Source: an uncultured Alphaproteobacteria bacterium (lineage in GTDB: Bacteria > Pseudomonadota > Alphaproteobacteria > RF32 > CAG-239). Taken from it: a stretch of 64,000 nt of DNA. The DNA lies in contig CAJTMA010000007.1 of assembly GCA_910577205.1 (NCBI GenBank), positions 5,373-69,372 on the forward strand. Direction: 5' to 3'. Position numbers and translations under genes: made by a program. Numbering within the stretch: position 1 is the first letter of the stretch; every line of letters starts with the position of its first letter. The notes under the pieces were generated by a model. That model was not told the DNA's origin. It saw nothing but the letters and a program-made list of their open reading frames with translations, and did no database searches. This document shows, one piece after another, positions 17,201 to 26,405 of the stretch.

Positions 17201-18843
17201 TATTTGCCCAATCGTTCCAAGTCATAAGGATAGTTGACATCAAGCAAAATATTCTCATCACCTTTCACTAGTTTTGTATAATCTGAATGCTCCATAAACA
17301 CCGGACGCAAATCAGCATTTTCCGGAACTAAATCCGCCACATCATAAAGTGATTTGCTCCAAATAGCCGGGTTGGATTTAATCCCTTTGACAGCTGCGGT
17401 TACCAGCTGTTTTTCTGCTTTTTTATCAAAAGTCTTAATCATTTTATTGATAAGTTCCGGCGTTATGTTCGGCATATCTGCCGGCAACAGCAAGACACCA
17501 TCGCAAAAACCCGGCACGGATTTGACACCCAATGCAATGCTGGTACGAAGCCCCGAACGATAACCTGAATTATAAATAATGTTGACATCGACATCTTCCA
17601 AAGCTTCTTCTAATTCTGCGGCATGGTCGCCGGTAATAACAAAGACAGGACTGGCCTGAGAACGTACCGCGGCTCTGACTGCCCGCAGAAACAAAGGCTC
17701 TCCCTCAACATCATACAAGAGTTTATTGCGTCCGGTCCGGCGTCCCACTCCGGCAGCCAAAATCACCGCTGCAATATTAGCACTCCCCGGTTTGGTTTTA
17801 GTATTGGCACGGATTAAATCCGCATCAGCGTCACCGTTGAATTTCTGTCCCGGATTAAGCCGGATATTCTGCGGATGTTTAAAATCCGCCGGGCTGATTT
17901 TCTCATTTACCAATGCCAGTTTGATATAATGATCGGCCAATGCGCTGTCTGTACTGTCATAATTAAATGGCAGCATAATGATTTTTTTATCGCGTTTACT
18001 GGCAATCAACAAATCTGACGCTCCGGTTTGGGGAATGGCATAAGCCGCAACTTCATCCGCCACACTGCGGACTGCCGTTGCAACAGTATCGTCCTGACAG
18101 CTGTTTCTTCGACCCGAAATGATAAAAACAACTTGGGCATCACTTTTTAAAGCCGCTTCCAAAGCATCGGCAATTTTTTCAACTTCATGTGGCGCTTGAT
18201 ACTCTGCCCCAAAGCCGAGTTCCAGCAGTTGAAACTGTTTTACCAATTTGGTGACAACTGCTGTCAAATGCACTGTTTCGGCGTTATCATTATAAAATTT
18301 GGTATAAAGCAGCGCTGCTTTTTGTTGTTGAGGCTGCATGACGCTTAACAGCGGCGTATTACCTGACAGGCTGAAGATAATATTATCTGTCTGTTCCACT
18401 GAAATAACCGGAATAGTCAACTCCAGTTGCGCAATTATATCACCTTTTTTTACCGACGTATAAGGCGGTAACGTATTCAGGATAACCTCCGGCGCAAGAC
18501 GATTAAATTTGGCTATCCGGTCATCCGCGGCAACAAATATGCCGTCGCTGTCAGCAACAATTGAACTTATACCGCTGTTTTCTGTCGCAAAGGCCGTATT
18601 TGCGCCGCAGAGTTTACCGCTGATAATACCCAAGGCCGTCACATTATCCAAATCATTTTCGTCCATCTCCGCGCCGAAAATACGTTTAATCCCCGAAAGT
18701 TTGAGCTGGAGAATATCTTCATCGTCAAGTTCATGGCCTTTGGGTAACACCATTCCGTCAAGACGCACCGGCTCAGACAAACGGATGCCTTTCGCCTGAT
18801 TGACATTATATTCTTGATATTTCATGTTCTGCCTTTGCTGCAT
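17200..18843 (-). CDS. Molybdopterin-binding domain fused to a MocA/MobA-like nucleotidyltransferase
   Basis: C-terminal IAAVILAAGVGRRTGRNKLL, GLRTSI, LLPADMP, DVNYPYD; N-terminal MoeA-like region. Confidence 0.8.
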   Translation of the reverse strand: MQQRQNMKYQEYNVNQAKGIRLSEPVRLDGMVLPKGHELDDEDILQLKLSGIKRIFGAEMDENDLDNVTALGIISGKLCGANTAFATENSGISSIVADSDGIFVAADDRIAKFNRLAPEVILNTLPPYTSVKKGDIIAQLELTIPVISVEQTDNIIFSLSGNTPLLSVMQPQQQKAALLYTKFYNDNAETVHLTAVVTKLVKQFQLLELGFGAEYQAPHEVEKIADALEAALKSDAQVVFIISGRRNSCQDDTVATAVRSVADEVAAYAIPQTGASDLLIASKRDKKIIMLPFNYDSTDSALADHYIKLALVNEKISPADFKHPQNIRLNPGQKFNGDADADLIRANTKTKPGSANIAAVILAAGVGRRTGRNKLLYDVEGEPLFLRAVRAAVRSQASPVFVITGDHAAELEEALEDVDVNIIYNSGYRSGLRTSIALGVKSVPGFCDGVLLLPADMPNITPELINKMIKTFDKKAEKQLVTAAVKGIKSNPAIWSKSLYDVADLVPENADLRPVFMEHSDYTKLVKGDENILLDVNYPYDLERLGK

Positions 18844-18914
18844 TTATCCTGCTTTTATATAACATAACCACAGAATGAAAAAAAGGAAAGTTCAAAATGA
18901 ACTTTCCTCTCAAT

Positions 18915-19316
18915 TCAGGGTTTGAGCGTAAAGGCCTCCTTTACCGAACCGTTAAAGGTTACCGAAACACCTACGCCTTCCCGAGCACCCAATACAGTTA
19001 CCACAATCGTATGAGTGACAAAACGTCCGGGGATAAACTCATCCGCAACATAGGTTTTCTCAAAGCGGTAAGTTTTAGGCGTATCCCGCGGAATATACTG
19101 ATCTGCTACCCACGCACTGTTTTTATAACGGTAAACTTGCAAATATGTCTCATGGGATTCTATTCGCAAATTTCCCCACTGCAGCGCTACAATTTTATTG
19201 CTGTTGTACTTTTCAGTGGTTACCGTGGTTTGTTTAGACGTGGTATAAATCTGTTGGGCGAGCATACAAGATGCTCCGGCGATGATTAACATCATCGTAA
19301 CTAAAAACTTTTTCAT
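18915..19316 (-). CDS. Hypothetical secreted protein
   Basis: MKKFLVTMMLIIAGASCMLA-Q signal peptide; beta-rich sequence. Confidence 0.75.
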   Translation of the reverse strand: MKKFLVTMMLIIAGASCMLAQQIYTTSKQTTVTTEKYNSNKIVALQWGNLRIESHETYLQVYRYKNSAWVADQYIPRDTPKTYRFEKTYVADEFIPGRFVTHTIVVTVLGAREGVGVSVTFNGSVKEAFTLKP

Positions 19317-19336
19317 AATAATAAAAATTTAAATGG

Positions 19337-19804
19337 TTATTCTAAATCATATTCTTCGGCAATGTGGTTTCCTGCCATTTTGAAGACGACAGCTTCACAG
19401 TCAGCAACGATAATGCCTACCTTGTATGAAACCGTACCGCCGGGAACTTGGGCTTTGGCCGTGTAAATCTGTTCGCTGTCATACAACTTGGAAATCAGAG
19501 CCAGACGGCTGCGACTGCCATTGTATTGGCGATAAACATCTACACGATCTTTACTGTTGACGATAACCATATCGCCGATAGTAATTTTTTTGACTTTTCG
19601 GCCGACTACCCGAACTTCTGTTGTGCCGCGGCTGTATGTTTTCACAGGGGATAATCTTTTCAAATCATTCCCGGTATTAACAACACGACGGCAAGCTTCT
19701 TCAGCTCGGTTCATCTGGCCGATAAAACGGTCAAACTTGTCTTGAGCCGAAAGCGAGAAAATGCTGAGCATCAGTCCCGCCAAGAGAAATAATAGTTTTT
19801 TCAT
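19337..19804 (-). CDS. Hypothetical secreted protein
   Basis: MKKLLFLLAGLMLSIFSLSA-Q signal peptide. Confidence 0.75.
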   Translation of the reverse strand: MKKLLFLLAGLMLSIFSLSAQDKFDRFIGQMNRAEEACRRVVNTGNDLKRLSPVKTYSRGTTEVRVVGRKVKKITIGDMVIVNSKDRVDVYRQYNGSRSRLALISKLYDSEQIYTAKAQVPGGTVSYKVGIIVADCEAVVFKMAGNHIAEEYDLE

Positions 19805-19876
19805 TTTGTAAAATAATTAGTGTTTATGCATAAATTTTAGCACTAATTATCTTATTCGTCCAGTTTTTTAGATAAA

Positions 19877-20707
19877 TCAATCTGTCAAAGAAAAAGCTGG
19901 GGCTGAGTAGTCTGCTTCTGAATTGTTTTCTGCGCCAATCAACAGCGCTGCTGCTTTGTATCCGGCTTGACGCAAATGCACAGCCCCTTGCCCATCAGCC
20001 TCTAGAGAGTTGCCGATACATAGAATTTTTCCCTGCGCAGGTAATTGTTGAAGTATTTGCCGGTAAGATGCTATATGCGGCTTGCCAAATTCCATCACCT
20101 GCCCACCCAATGAACGGTAATAAGCAAGGATGCTTCGGTTTGACAACACCTCGTGATTATTAATCAGCATTTTATCCGCAAAGGACGGATTACCACAATA
20201 TATGACTTTTTCCTGCTCTCTGGCTTGATGTAAAAAATCAGCAAAAGGTTCTAAAGACGCCGCAAAGCCGAGGTTAGAAAGACCGGGAACATTAATCAGA
20301 TTTTCGGGACGCAGATAAGCCAGAGGCAGCCCCGGAATATCCAGGTAAATAAATTCAGCCATTGTCATCTCCGGCATGAAGATTAATCCCGGCAAAGGGC
20401 GGCTACCAAACAAAAAATAACTAAAATATCCCTGCTGTTGTACATGAGCCATGCAAAGACCGAAAGAGGTGTAAAACAGAAAACCTTTATCTGCCCATTT
20501 CCGCCAATGTGGATTGACAAAATGAGCGGCTGGAAGCAAAGACGAATTGTCATAAATAATAACTTGCTTCCCCTGCTCTGCCAAACCAGCCAATGCGTCC
20601 TCAGCTCCCGGATAAAACGCGCCATCGGGAGATGTCAGAACTCCAGAGCTGCCAATGATAAACGTATCATACGCAGCAAACAAATCAGACAAGTGCGTAT
20701 CAGCCAA
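19877..20707 (-). CDS. HAD-IIA-like hydrolase homologue with degenerate motifs
   Basis: YDTFIIGSSGVL, YPGAEDAL, DNSS, CGNP, FGKPH, IGNSLEADGQGA follow the HAD-IIA layout. Confidence 0.75.
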   Translation of the reverse strand: MADTHLSDLFAAYDTFIIGSSGVLTSPDGAFYPGAEDALAGLAEQGKQVIIYDNSSLLPAAHFVNPHWRKWADKGFLFYTSFGLCMAHVQQQGYFSYFLFGSRPLPGLIFMPEMTMAEFIYLDIPGLPLAYLRPENLINVPGLSNLGFAASLEPFADFLHQAREQEKVIYCGNPSFADKMLINNHEVLSNRSILAYYRSLGGQVMEFGKPHIASYRQILQQLPAQGKILCIGNSLEADGQGAVHLRQAGYKAAALLIGAENNSEADYSAPAFSLTD

Positions 20708-20779
20708 TTATAGATTCTCCCCCTTCTGTATAGACGGGAAGTGTAACACGCGGCTATCAAAAAGTAAACGGGAGAAATG

Positions 20780-20809
20780 AAAAAGCCCCTTTGGGGAAAG
20801 GGGCTTTTT
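20780..20809. terminator. Intrinsic terminator
   Basis: AAAAAGCCCCTTT-GGGG-AAAGGGGCTTTTT. Confidence 0.8.
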
Positions 20810-20929
20810 GTTCATATCGGGTTGACAGGGAGTGAAAACCCGAATCTGACGTTTTAGACGTCATAGGTACGGTGTTTGTAATGAGCTGATGATGTTGAAA
20901 ATAAACAAAAGCATTGTTTTTTCTCCAGA

Positions 20930-21184
20930 TTACAAACTATAAACGTGTTTACGATAATTTTTTAATGAGGTCTGATACAGCAAAACCGGTGAAGCTTTTT
21001 TCATCCAATCTGCTCCATAAACCTGATTCAACTTAGTTTTATATTCGCGAGTCATTAATTCATCATAAATAGCCTGTTGTTCGTCAGTCAGGCGCGCAAA
21101 AGCATCCTGAAAAGAAATTTTATTTTTTTGGGCAATAACCAAACATAAAGTTTCAATTTCTTTTACAGATTGAGCATTCAGCAT
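20930..21184 (-). CDS. Hypothetical protein (84 aa)
   Basis: AAGGA RBS; upstream TTGACG-N17-TATATT on the minus strand. Confidence 0.65.
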   Translation of the reverse strand: MLNAQSVKEIETLCLVIAQKNKISFQDAFARLTDEQQAIYDELMTREYKTKLNQVYGADWMKKASPVLLYQTSLKNYRKHVYSL

Positions 21185-21349
21185 TTGTTTAAGTCCTTCT
21201 TTAAGTTGAATAACAAATGCAATATACCACTTTTTGACAATTTCGTCAATAATGTGTTTTTGTCAAATTTGTGAAATTTTTGTTACATAAAGCATCCTAA
21301 TTGAGCTTTGCTGTTTCTTTTCTCGGGTTCTCATCCTACTTGTTCAGAC

Positions 21350-21390
21350 ATTAAAAAACTCCCCTCTGCTAGAGAGGGGAGTTTTTTAAT
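21350..21390. terminator. Terminator at the left island boundary (probably the displaced tRNA-Lys terminator)
   Basis: ATTAAAAAACTCCCCTCT-GCTAG-AGAGGGGAGTTTTTTAAT; on the minus strand it directly follows TCACCA. Confidence 0.8.
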
Positions 21391-21618
21391 GGTGATGCAC
21401 TTTGCGAACCCATCGAACTGGTCTAACTGTTCGCAAAATGTTGTATATAAACGCCTTGAGATAGGAATATACTTCTGCGAATCAACCGATTTTTCTCTAG
21501 AATCACTTTTCTCGTATCTCGAACTTATCTAAATTCTAAAATATTTTTTAATATATCAAGAGTAAAATAATTCCTGTATTTTTTTGCATATTTCATAAAT
21601 TTATTTTAACAAATTCGG

Positions 21619-22005
21619 TTACATAATTTTTAAATCTTGTTTTATATTACTTATAAGTTTTTCTATTTTATTATAAATATTTTCATCTGGAGTAGTTTGT
21701 ATTTCTTTTTGCAATCTTATGTATTCTTTTGCGATTTTTGAGGATGCATATAACTTAATATAAGGAACTGTGGAATTTATTTTTTCTTTTACCTCATTGC
21801 AAGGATCGCCTTTAAGAAGCCATTTCAAATCTGTACCTATGGAAATAAGGCAATCAATAGCTTTTAAGTATGTTTCTTCCCGTTTCCTAAGGATATATAT
21901 TTCTTGTTCTCTGGCACTTTTTAGATAATCAATAAACAATGTAAAAAAAGCTGTAATAAGTGAACCAATTATTACACCTATCAAACCAATTATAGCCTCA
22001 TCCAT
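21619..22005 (-). CDS. Hypothetical protein with an N-terminal TM helix, downstream of nucC
   Basis: MDEAIIGLIGVIIGSLITAFFTLF then a helical charged region; GGAGA RBS; 30 bp after the nucC stop. Confidence 0.75.
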   Translation of the reverse strand: MDEAIIGLIGVIIGSLITAFFTLFIDYLKSAREQEIYILRKREETYLKAIDCLISIGTDLKWLLKGDPCNEVKEKINSTVPYIKLYASSKIAKEYIRLQKEIQTTPDENIYNKIEKLISNIKQDLKIM

Positions 22006-22035
22006 TTCTTTATATCTCCGATATTTAAAATTTTA

Positions 22036-22743
22036 TTATTCAGAAAATCCATTAAAATAACGAGGAATATCCATAGCAGGAACCGTTCCCATTTGCTGTA
22101 ATTGATTTAATAATTCCATAAAAAATGATAATAGATAATGCTCTTTATTATTGCACCAAATGTACTTTCCATTATGGAATTTCCAGCAACAATCTTCAGC
22201 ACAACATCCAATATTCAATAATCCCACATTGTTATTTGAAATATTTTGTTTGATAAGGCATTTTTGCCATGAGTTTCTAGTCGTTAATAAACCACCTAAA
22301 ATAGTATGAGGTGTCCTTCCTTGAGTTTTTATACCAGCATTAAAAATAGAAGCACTTGTACGTTCTAAACTCCGAGCCGATGATACTTTTTTCATAGCGT
22401 ATTCAAAATTTTGTTTATTTAGCTCAGGCTTTACTTCAAATACCGCATAAACACTTTCAGCTGGAATAAAAACATTGTCACGACAGTGGAATAAAAAAGG
22501 TGAGAAATAATTATCAAATATTACAATATCTAATTGCTCACTAAGATTATTATTACAGTCAATTATGAATGCTTTTTTTACATCATAACGTTTAGGTAGA
22601 TGGTCTCTAAATAAATTAAGCCATTGTTCTTCAGTGTAATTTCCATTTTCTCCGGGATGCTCTATAGGATTTTGTATCAGAGAAGCTTTCATAGCTTCTT
22701 GTTTTCCCTTAAATAAGGTTTCCAATGTGACAGAACTCACCAT
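22036..22743 (-). CDS. nucC: CBASS effector endonuclease NucC
   Basis: EHPGENG..E..W, LPKRY, AFIID...SEQLDIVIFD..FSPFLF, PAESVYAVFEVK, LERTS, ILGGLLT, LQQMGTVPAMDI: colinear with E. coli NucC as recalled. Confidence 0.9.
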   Translation of the reverse strand: MVSSVTLETLFKGKQEAMKASLIQNPIEHPGENGNYTEEQWLNLFRDHLPKRYDVKKAFIIDCNNNLSEQLDIVIFDNYFSPFLFHCRDNVFIPAESVYAVFEVKPELNKQNFEYAMKKVSSARSLERTSASIFNAGIKTQGRTPHTILGGLLTTRNSWQKCLIKQNISNNNVGLLNIGCCAEDCCWKFHNGKYIWCNNKEHYLLSFFMELLNQLQQMGTVPAMDIPRYFNGFSE

Positions 22744-23525
22744 ATAATATCTCTCCAGTTTAATCCACCTAAAATAGTCAATCTATTATTTAGGCAATTA
22801 ACCGCTGTTTTTTGAATTATTAGCTTTTCTTGGCGGTTTAACTCATTTGAAATGATATTAGCAGAATTTCCAGGATCTATTATGATATCATCAATAAAAT
22901 CAGTAGCAAAATAATTTAAAACTTTAGTGAATTTTTCCTCAATATTATAAGCCCTATTATATTTTAAGGCATTTATTGTTGCAAATTCAATTAATACAGA
23001 AGGGCATTCAATAGAATGACAATTTCTCCATATTTTAACTAATTTAATAACATCCTGATAAAAAGATTTTTGTATAGTATTGATTTGTAAGCTGACATTA
23101 GTCTGTGTCCGTCGTCCCGTTTTGGATTGATATAGCCAATGGTAACTAGAACCATAAGGCTGTGCTTTAGCTGGGACTAAATCGACATTAATTGGTTGAC
23201 CATTCTTATTTAAATCAATACCAATAGAAACATTTTGTTTCCTTGGATGAAAATTTTTTTCAACCATTTTATTATATAATGTATCGTAAATATCTTCACA
23301 GCTAGTTGGACACTCGTGTTTTATAGATATAAAAATATCAATATCCGATTTTCCTTTTATGGAAGTTCCTTTAGCAGAGGAACCAGATAAAAATATATCT
23401 CTGATATAAGTATTACCCCATTCAGTTAGAGTAGGACGCAAAAATGCTAACACTTCATTATAGAGGTAAGTGTTATTTACATAATATTTTTGTAATACTT
23501 CGTTTAGATAAGACATTTGCTTCAT
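22737..23525 (-). CDS. cGAS/DncV-like nucleotidyltransferase (CD-NTase, SMODS type)
   Basis: LSGSSAKGTSIKGKSDIDIF (hGS-x-DxD), RKQNVSIG, VDLVPA, IKLVKIWR, PSVLIE, DPGNSANIIS; overlaps the nucC start. Confidence 0.87.
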   Translation of the reverse strand: MKQMSYLNEVLQKYYVNNTYLYNEVLAFLRPTLTEWGNTYIRDIFLSGSSAKGTSIKGKSDIDIFISIKHECPTSCEDIYDTLYNKMVEKNFHPRKQNVSIGIDLNKNGQPINVDLVPAKAQPYGSSYHWLYQSKTGRRTQTNVSLQINTIQKSFYQDVIKLVKIWRNCHSIECPSVLIEFATINALKYNRAYNIEEKFTKVLNYFATDFIDDIIIDPGNSANIISNELNRQEKLIIQKTAVNCLNNRLTILGGLNWRDIIW

Positions 23526-23604
23526 CCTAATGATATTAATCGTATATATTTATATTATTAAAATAAAGATACAAGCTTCAAATCTTTTTTGAGAGGTGTT
23601 GTAT

Positions 23605-23982
23605 CTAGTCATCTAGACCGTTACTTTTGAGGAATTCTTTGAGCCTTTCCCGGTTTTCATTTTCCTGATCACCCTTATAATAAATCTCAATAAATGAAAT
23701 CAGTTGTTTTTCTTCTTCCCAAACAAAAATAACCCGAATGCCAGATGCAGCTCCTTTTCCCTTTAACGACATACATGAGAATTTACGAACTTTATTTGCT
23801 GTATAATTTTCTCCGCAACACCCTTCTATTGGAACAATGGCATTAGAAACTATTTTATGAATATACAAGGCTTCAATACTGGCCCTTTTCATAATTTCAA
23901 AATCATTAGGTAAAGTTCTGAAGCGTTTTGTGAGTTTCTTAAAATCTTTATCAAATTCAGGAATAGTCAGATAGTTAAGCAT
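23605..23982 (-). CDS. RelE/HigB-like toxin
   Basis: PEFDKDFKKL N-terminus, KVRK...KGKGAASGIRVIF, IEIYYKGDQEN; probable ATG at 23982 overlapping the antitoxin stop. Confidence 0.72.
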   Translation of the reverse strand: MLNYLTIPEFDKDFKKLTKRFRTLPNDFEIMKRASIEALYIHKIVSNAIVPIEGCCGENYTANKVRKFSCMSLKGKGAASGIRVIFVWEEEKQLISFIEIYYKGDQENENRERLKEFLKSNGLDD

Positions 23983-24748
23983 ATTCTTCGTCATACTCCC
24001 GTTGAGATGTCTCGGCAGTTCTATAAAAAACGCTTTCATATTCAAGAATTTCCTTGTCCTTTGCAATAATCCAAGGAATGTCTTTATGGGAAAAATCAGA
24101 TAACTCTTTACCTGTTTTATCTGATAGACGTTCTAGTTCTTTATCAATATGTCTTAATTCTTGGGCAGAAAGCAAAGATAAATTAGGCTCCTTAATTGGA
24201 AGATATTTCGTTTGATCTTTCTTAAAATATTTTGTTTTAACTTCTTCTAGTTCTCCGTTTTTTTCCATTTCCTGAATAAGTTTTGCAAAATCCACAGGAG
24301 TAGGACCGTAAGTGTTTTTAATATATTTTAACCCCATAAGCTGTTCCTCATAAAGCTCATAATAGTCAAAATCAATAAAATATAACAACTTATAAATAAC
24401 GGTTTGACCAACATTAGGTTTGGCACCAACTTTATTAAGAATATAAAGTAAAACTTGTTTAAATTTTGTAATATTTTCCCGAGGAATATCAATACGAATA
24501 TCGTTTTGAGTGGAGGAAACAACTTTTTCTATAATGTTATATGTCGGCCTGTTTGGCATTTTATTATCAATAATACACGAGTAATCGACATCAAAAATAT
24601 CCGCTAATTTTTTAATGATATCGATGGGAAGATTGTTTTCTCCATTTTCATATTTGCTTAAGGTTTGGCGCGTTATTCCTAACTGAGACGCCAAATCGTC
24701 CTGTGAGATATTTTTTTCGTCTCTCAGGACTTTCAAAATTTTAAACAT
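23975..24748 (-). CDS. XRE-HTH + Panacea (DUF4065) antitoxin
   Basis: N-terminal SQDDLASQLGITRQTLSKYENG; Panacea motifs KLLYFIDF, YGPTP, LSDFSHKDIPW. Confidence 0.85.
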   Translation of the reverse strand: MFKILKVLRDEKNISQDDLASQLGITRQTLSKYENGENNLPIDIIKKLADIFDVDYSCIIDNKMPNRPTYNIIEKVVSSTQNDIRIDIPRENITKFKQVLLYILNKVGAKPNVGQTVIYKLLYFIDFDYYELYEEQLMGLKYIKNTYGPTPVDFAKLIQEMEKNGELEEVKTKYFKKDQTKYLPIKEPNLSLLSAQELRHIDKELERLSDKTGKELSDFSHKDIPWIIAKDKEILEYESVFYRTAETSQREYDEEYA

Positions 24749-24942
24749 TTTAAGCTCCTATTTATTATTTATTTGAATATAATACAAAAACGTTAAAATG
24801 TCAATATATTTTAACACATAGGTGTAAGCGGAGTTTAACTTGAATTTGTAGATAAAAAACTCAACCAATCTTTAGGAATGCAAATACTTTTTAATTTTTT
24901 ATATCCGTATTGTATCAAATAATATATTATAAAAAATCTTTC

Positions 24943-26310
24943 CTATTCATCATTTGATAAATATTCCATTTTTTGTTTTAAGTATGGAATTATTCTTTGA
25001 GCATCTATTCCAAATCTACTATCAAGATCATCATGCAGTTGATATACCTTATGATAATCAGTTAGTTCTTTTAGAATTTCATCTTGTGTTATTGGCGTAT
25101 TGGGATTAGTTTGCTTTTCGATATTAAGTTGAGTATTTTTTTCTTTCAACTCATTAATTTTTTTGCATAGATCATTAAAAGGAATCATAGCCATCATTAA
25201 ACAATGTTTTAAACATTTTATATTTTGATCATTTGCATTAACTATTTTTTCAAGTTCCTTCCATAAATCATAAAAAGATATTCTTTCTATGTTTTGGTAG
25301 ATTGAGTATTTTTTATGTTTTAAAACCATTAAGAGTGCAAGTATAGGGCTCATTTTTAAATAATTATCAGGTACAACTTTTTGTATAATTGCAATATCTG
25401 TAAAACATTGGCTTATTTCTCGTAACGATAAATTATACCCATCTGCCAAAATAGAAAAATAATCACAATAACAATTCCATCCGTTTATTATACTATTAGC
25501 ATCATAAGCTTTTTGATTTTTTATACCAAATTTATTCATTAATACTTTGCAAAAAGCTTTTCTATTAGGTTTGGGTAAATGTAATTCTAAATCAACAAAT
25601 CTTTTAAGATAGCCTTCACTATCCATATCAGAACCATATAAAGCTGAAATAGTATGTTTTAATTGTGTCCTATCAATTCCTAAAATAAATATGACATTAG
25701 GGATATCAAATATATGTTTAATTGTTTCTAATACTTCAACAGCATATGTTGGACGACATCTTTCTAATTCATCGACAAATATAAACAGTTTATTATCTTT
25801 TATTTTCTCACAAAGCGTATTTCGGAAATCATTGATAAGTTTTTGTTTGGCTTCATATTGTTCAATTTTATTATCGGGATTTACAATTTGTAATAGCTTA
25901 TCTAATGTACTTTCAGGTCCGCCAACACATTCAATAATCAAATTGCCACAATTTTTTATAGACTTTAATAGTCCTATACTTTTTTCTTTGAGTATTGTAC
26001 CAATACTTTCTGGGAATGAATCTATAATTGTTTTTATAAATGGAACCATAGGGTCTTTTTCCCAATCTGTATTCCATGCATTAAAAAAAGCAACCTGATA
26101 TCCATCTTTTTTTAATTGTTCTCGCCATCTGCTCAGAAAAAAACTTTTTCCCATGCCATATGAAGCATCTACAGAAACGACAAAAGGTTGTTCAACATCC
26201 GCTAATATGCGGGTAAAATCTTCCGCAACTTCTTTGCGGTTAAGAATATCATCTTTCCAAATATCTTGTGTATCAATTTCTAGATCCTGAATTTTTTGGC
26301 AAATACTCAT
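24943..26310 (-). CDS. KAP-family P-loop NTPase
   Basis: DDILNR, DASYGMGKSFF (Walker A), FNAW, IFVDELERCRP (Walker B), YLKRFVD; probable start at 26310. Confidence 0.88.
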   Translation of the reverse strand: MSICQKIQDLEIDTQDIWKDDILNRKEVAEDFTRILADVEQPFVVSVDASYGMGKSFFLSRWREQLKKDGYQVAFFNAWNTDWEKDPMVPFIKTIIDSFPESIGTILKEKSIGLLKSIKNCGNLIIECVGGPESTLDKLLQIVNPDNKIEQYEAKQKLINDFRNTLCEKIKDNKLFIFVDELERCRPTYAVEVLETIKHIFDIPNVIFILGIDRTQLKHTISALYGSDMDSEGYLKRFVDLELHLPKPNRKAFCKVLMNKFGIKNQKAYDANSIINGWNCYCDYFSILADGYNLSLREISQCFTDIAIIQKVVPDNYLKMSPILALLMVLKHKKYSIYQNIERISFYDLWKELEKIVNANDQNIKCLKHCLMMAMIPFNDLCKKINELKEKNTQLNIEKQTNPNTPITQDEILKELTDYHKVYQLHDDLDSRFGIDAQRIIPYLKQKMEYLSNDE

Positions 26311-26405
26311 ATCGTTTCCTTTTATTGCTATCAACATCTGTTAAATTAACACAAAATTTTATCTGATAAACTTTAATTTATTAGATATTAAAAGCTTTGT
26401 AGCTA

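Noticed and set aside
21308..21532. 74-aa + strand ORF across the island boundary
   Set aside because: It spans the terminator and att scar and has no RBS; it might be a recombinase tail remnant, but this is unsupported.
22737..23525. MNT antitoxin or tRNA CCA-adding enzyme
   Set aside because: Too long for MNT, no HEPN partner, and coupling to NucC plus the SMODS-type motifs indicates a CD-NTase.
23983..24066. ORF-track start of the toxin at 24066
   Set aside because: It would overlap the antitoxin by ~90 bp; the RelE-like motif begins near ATG 23982.
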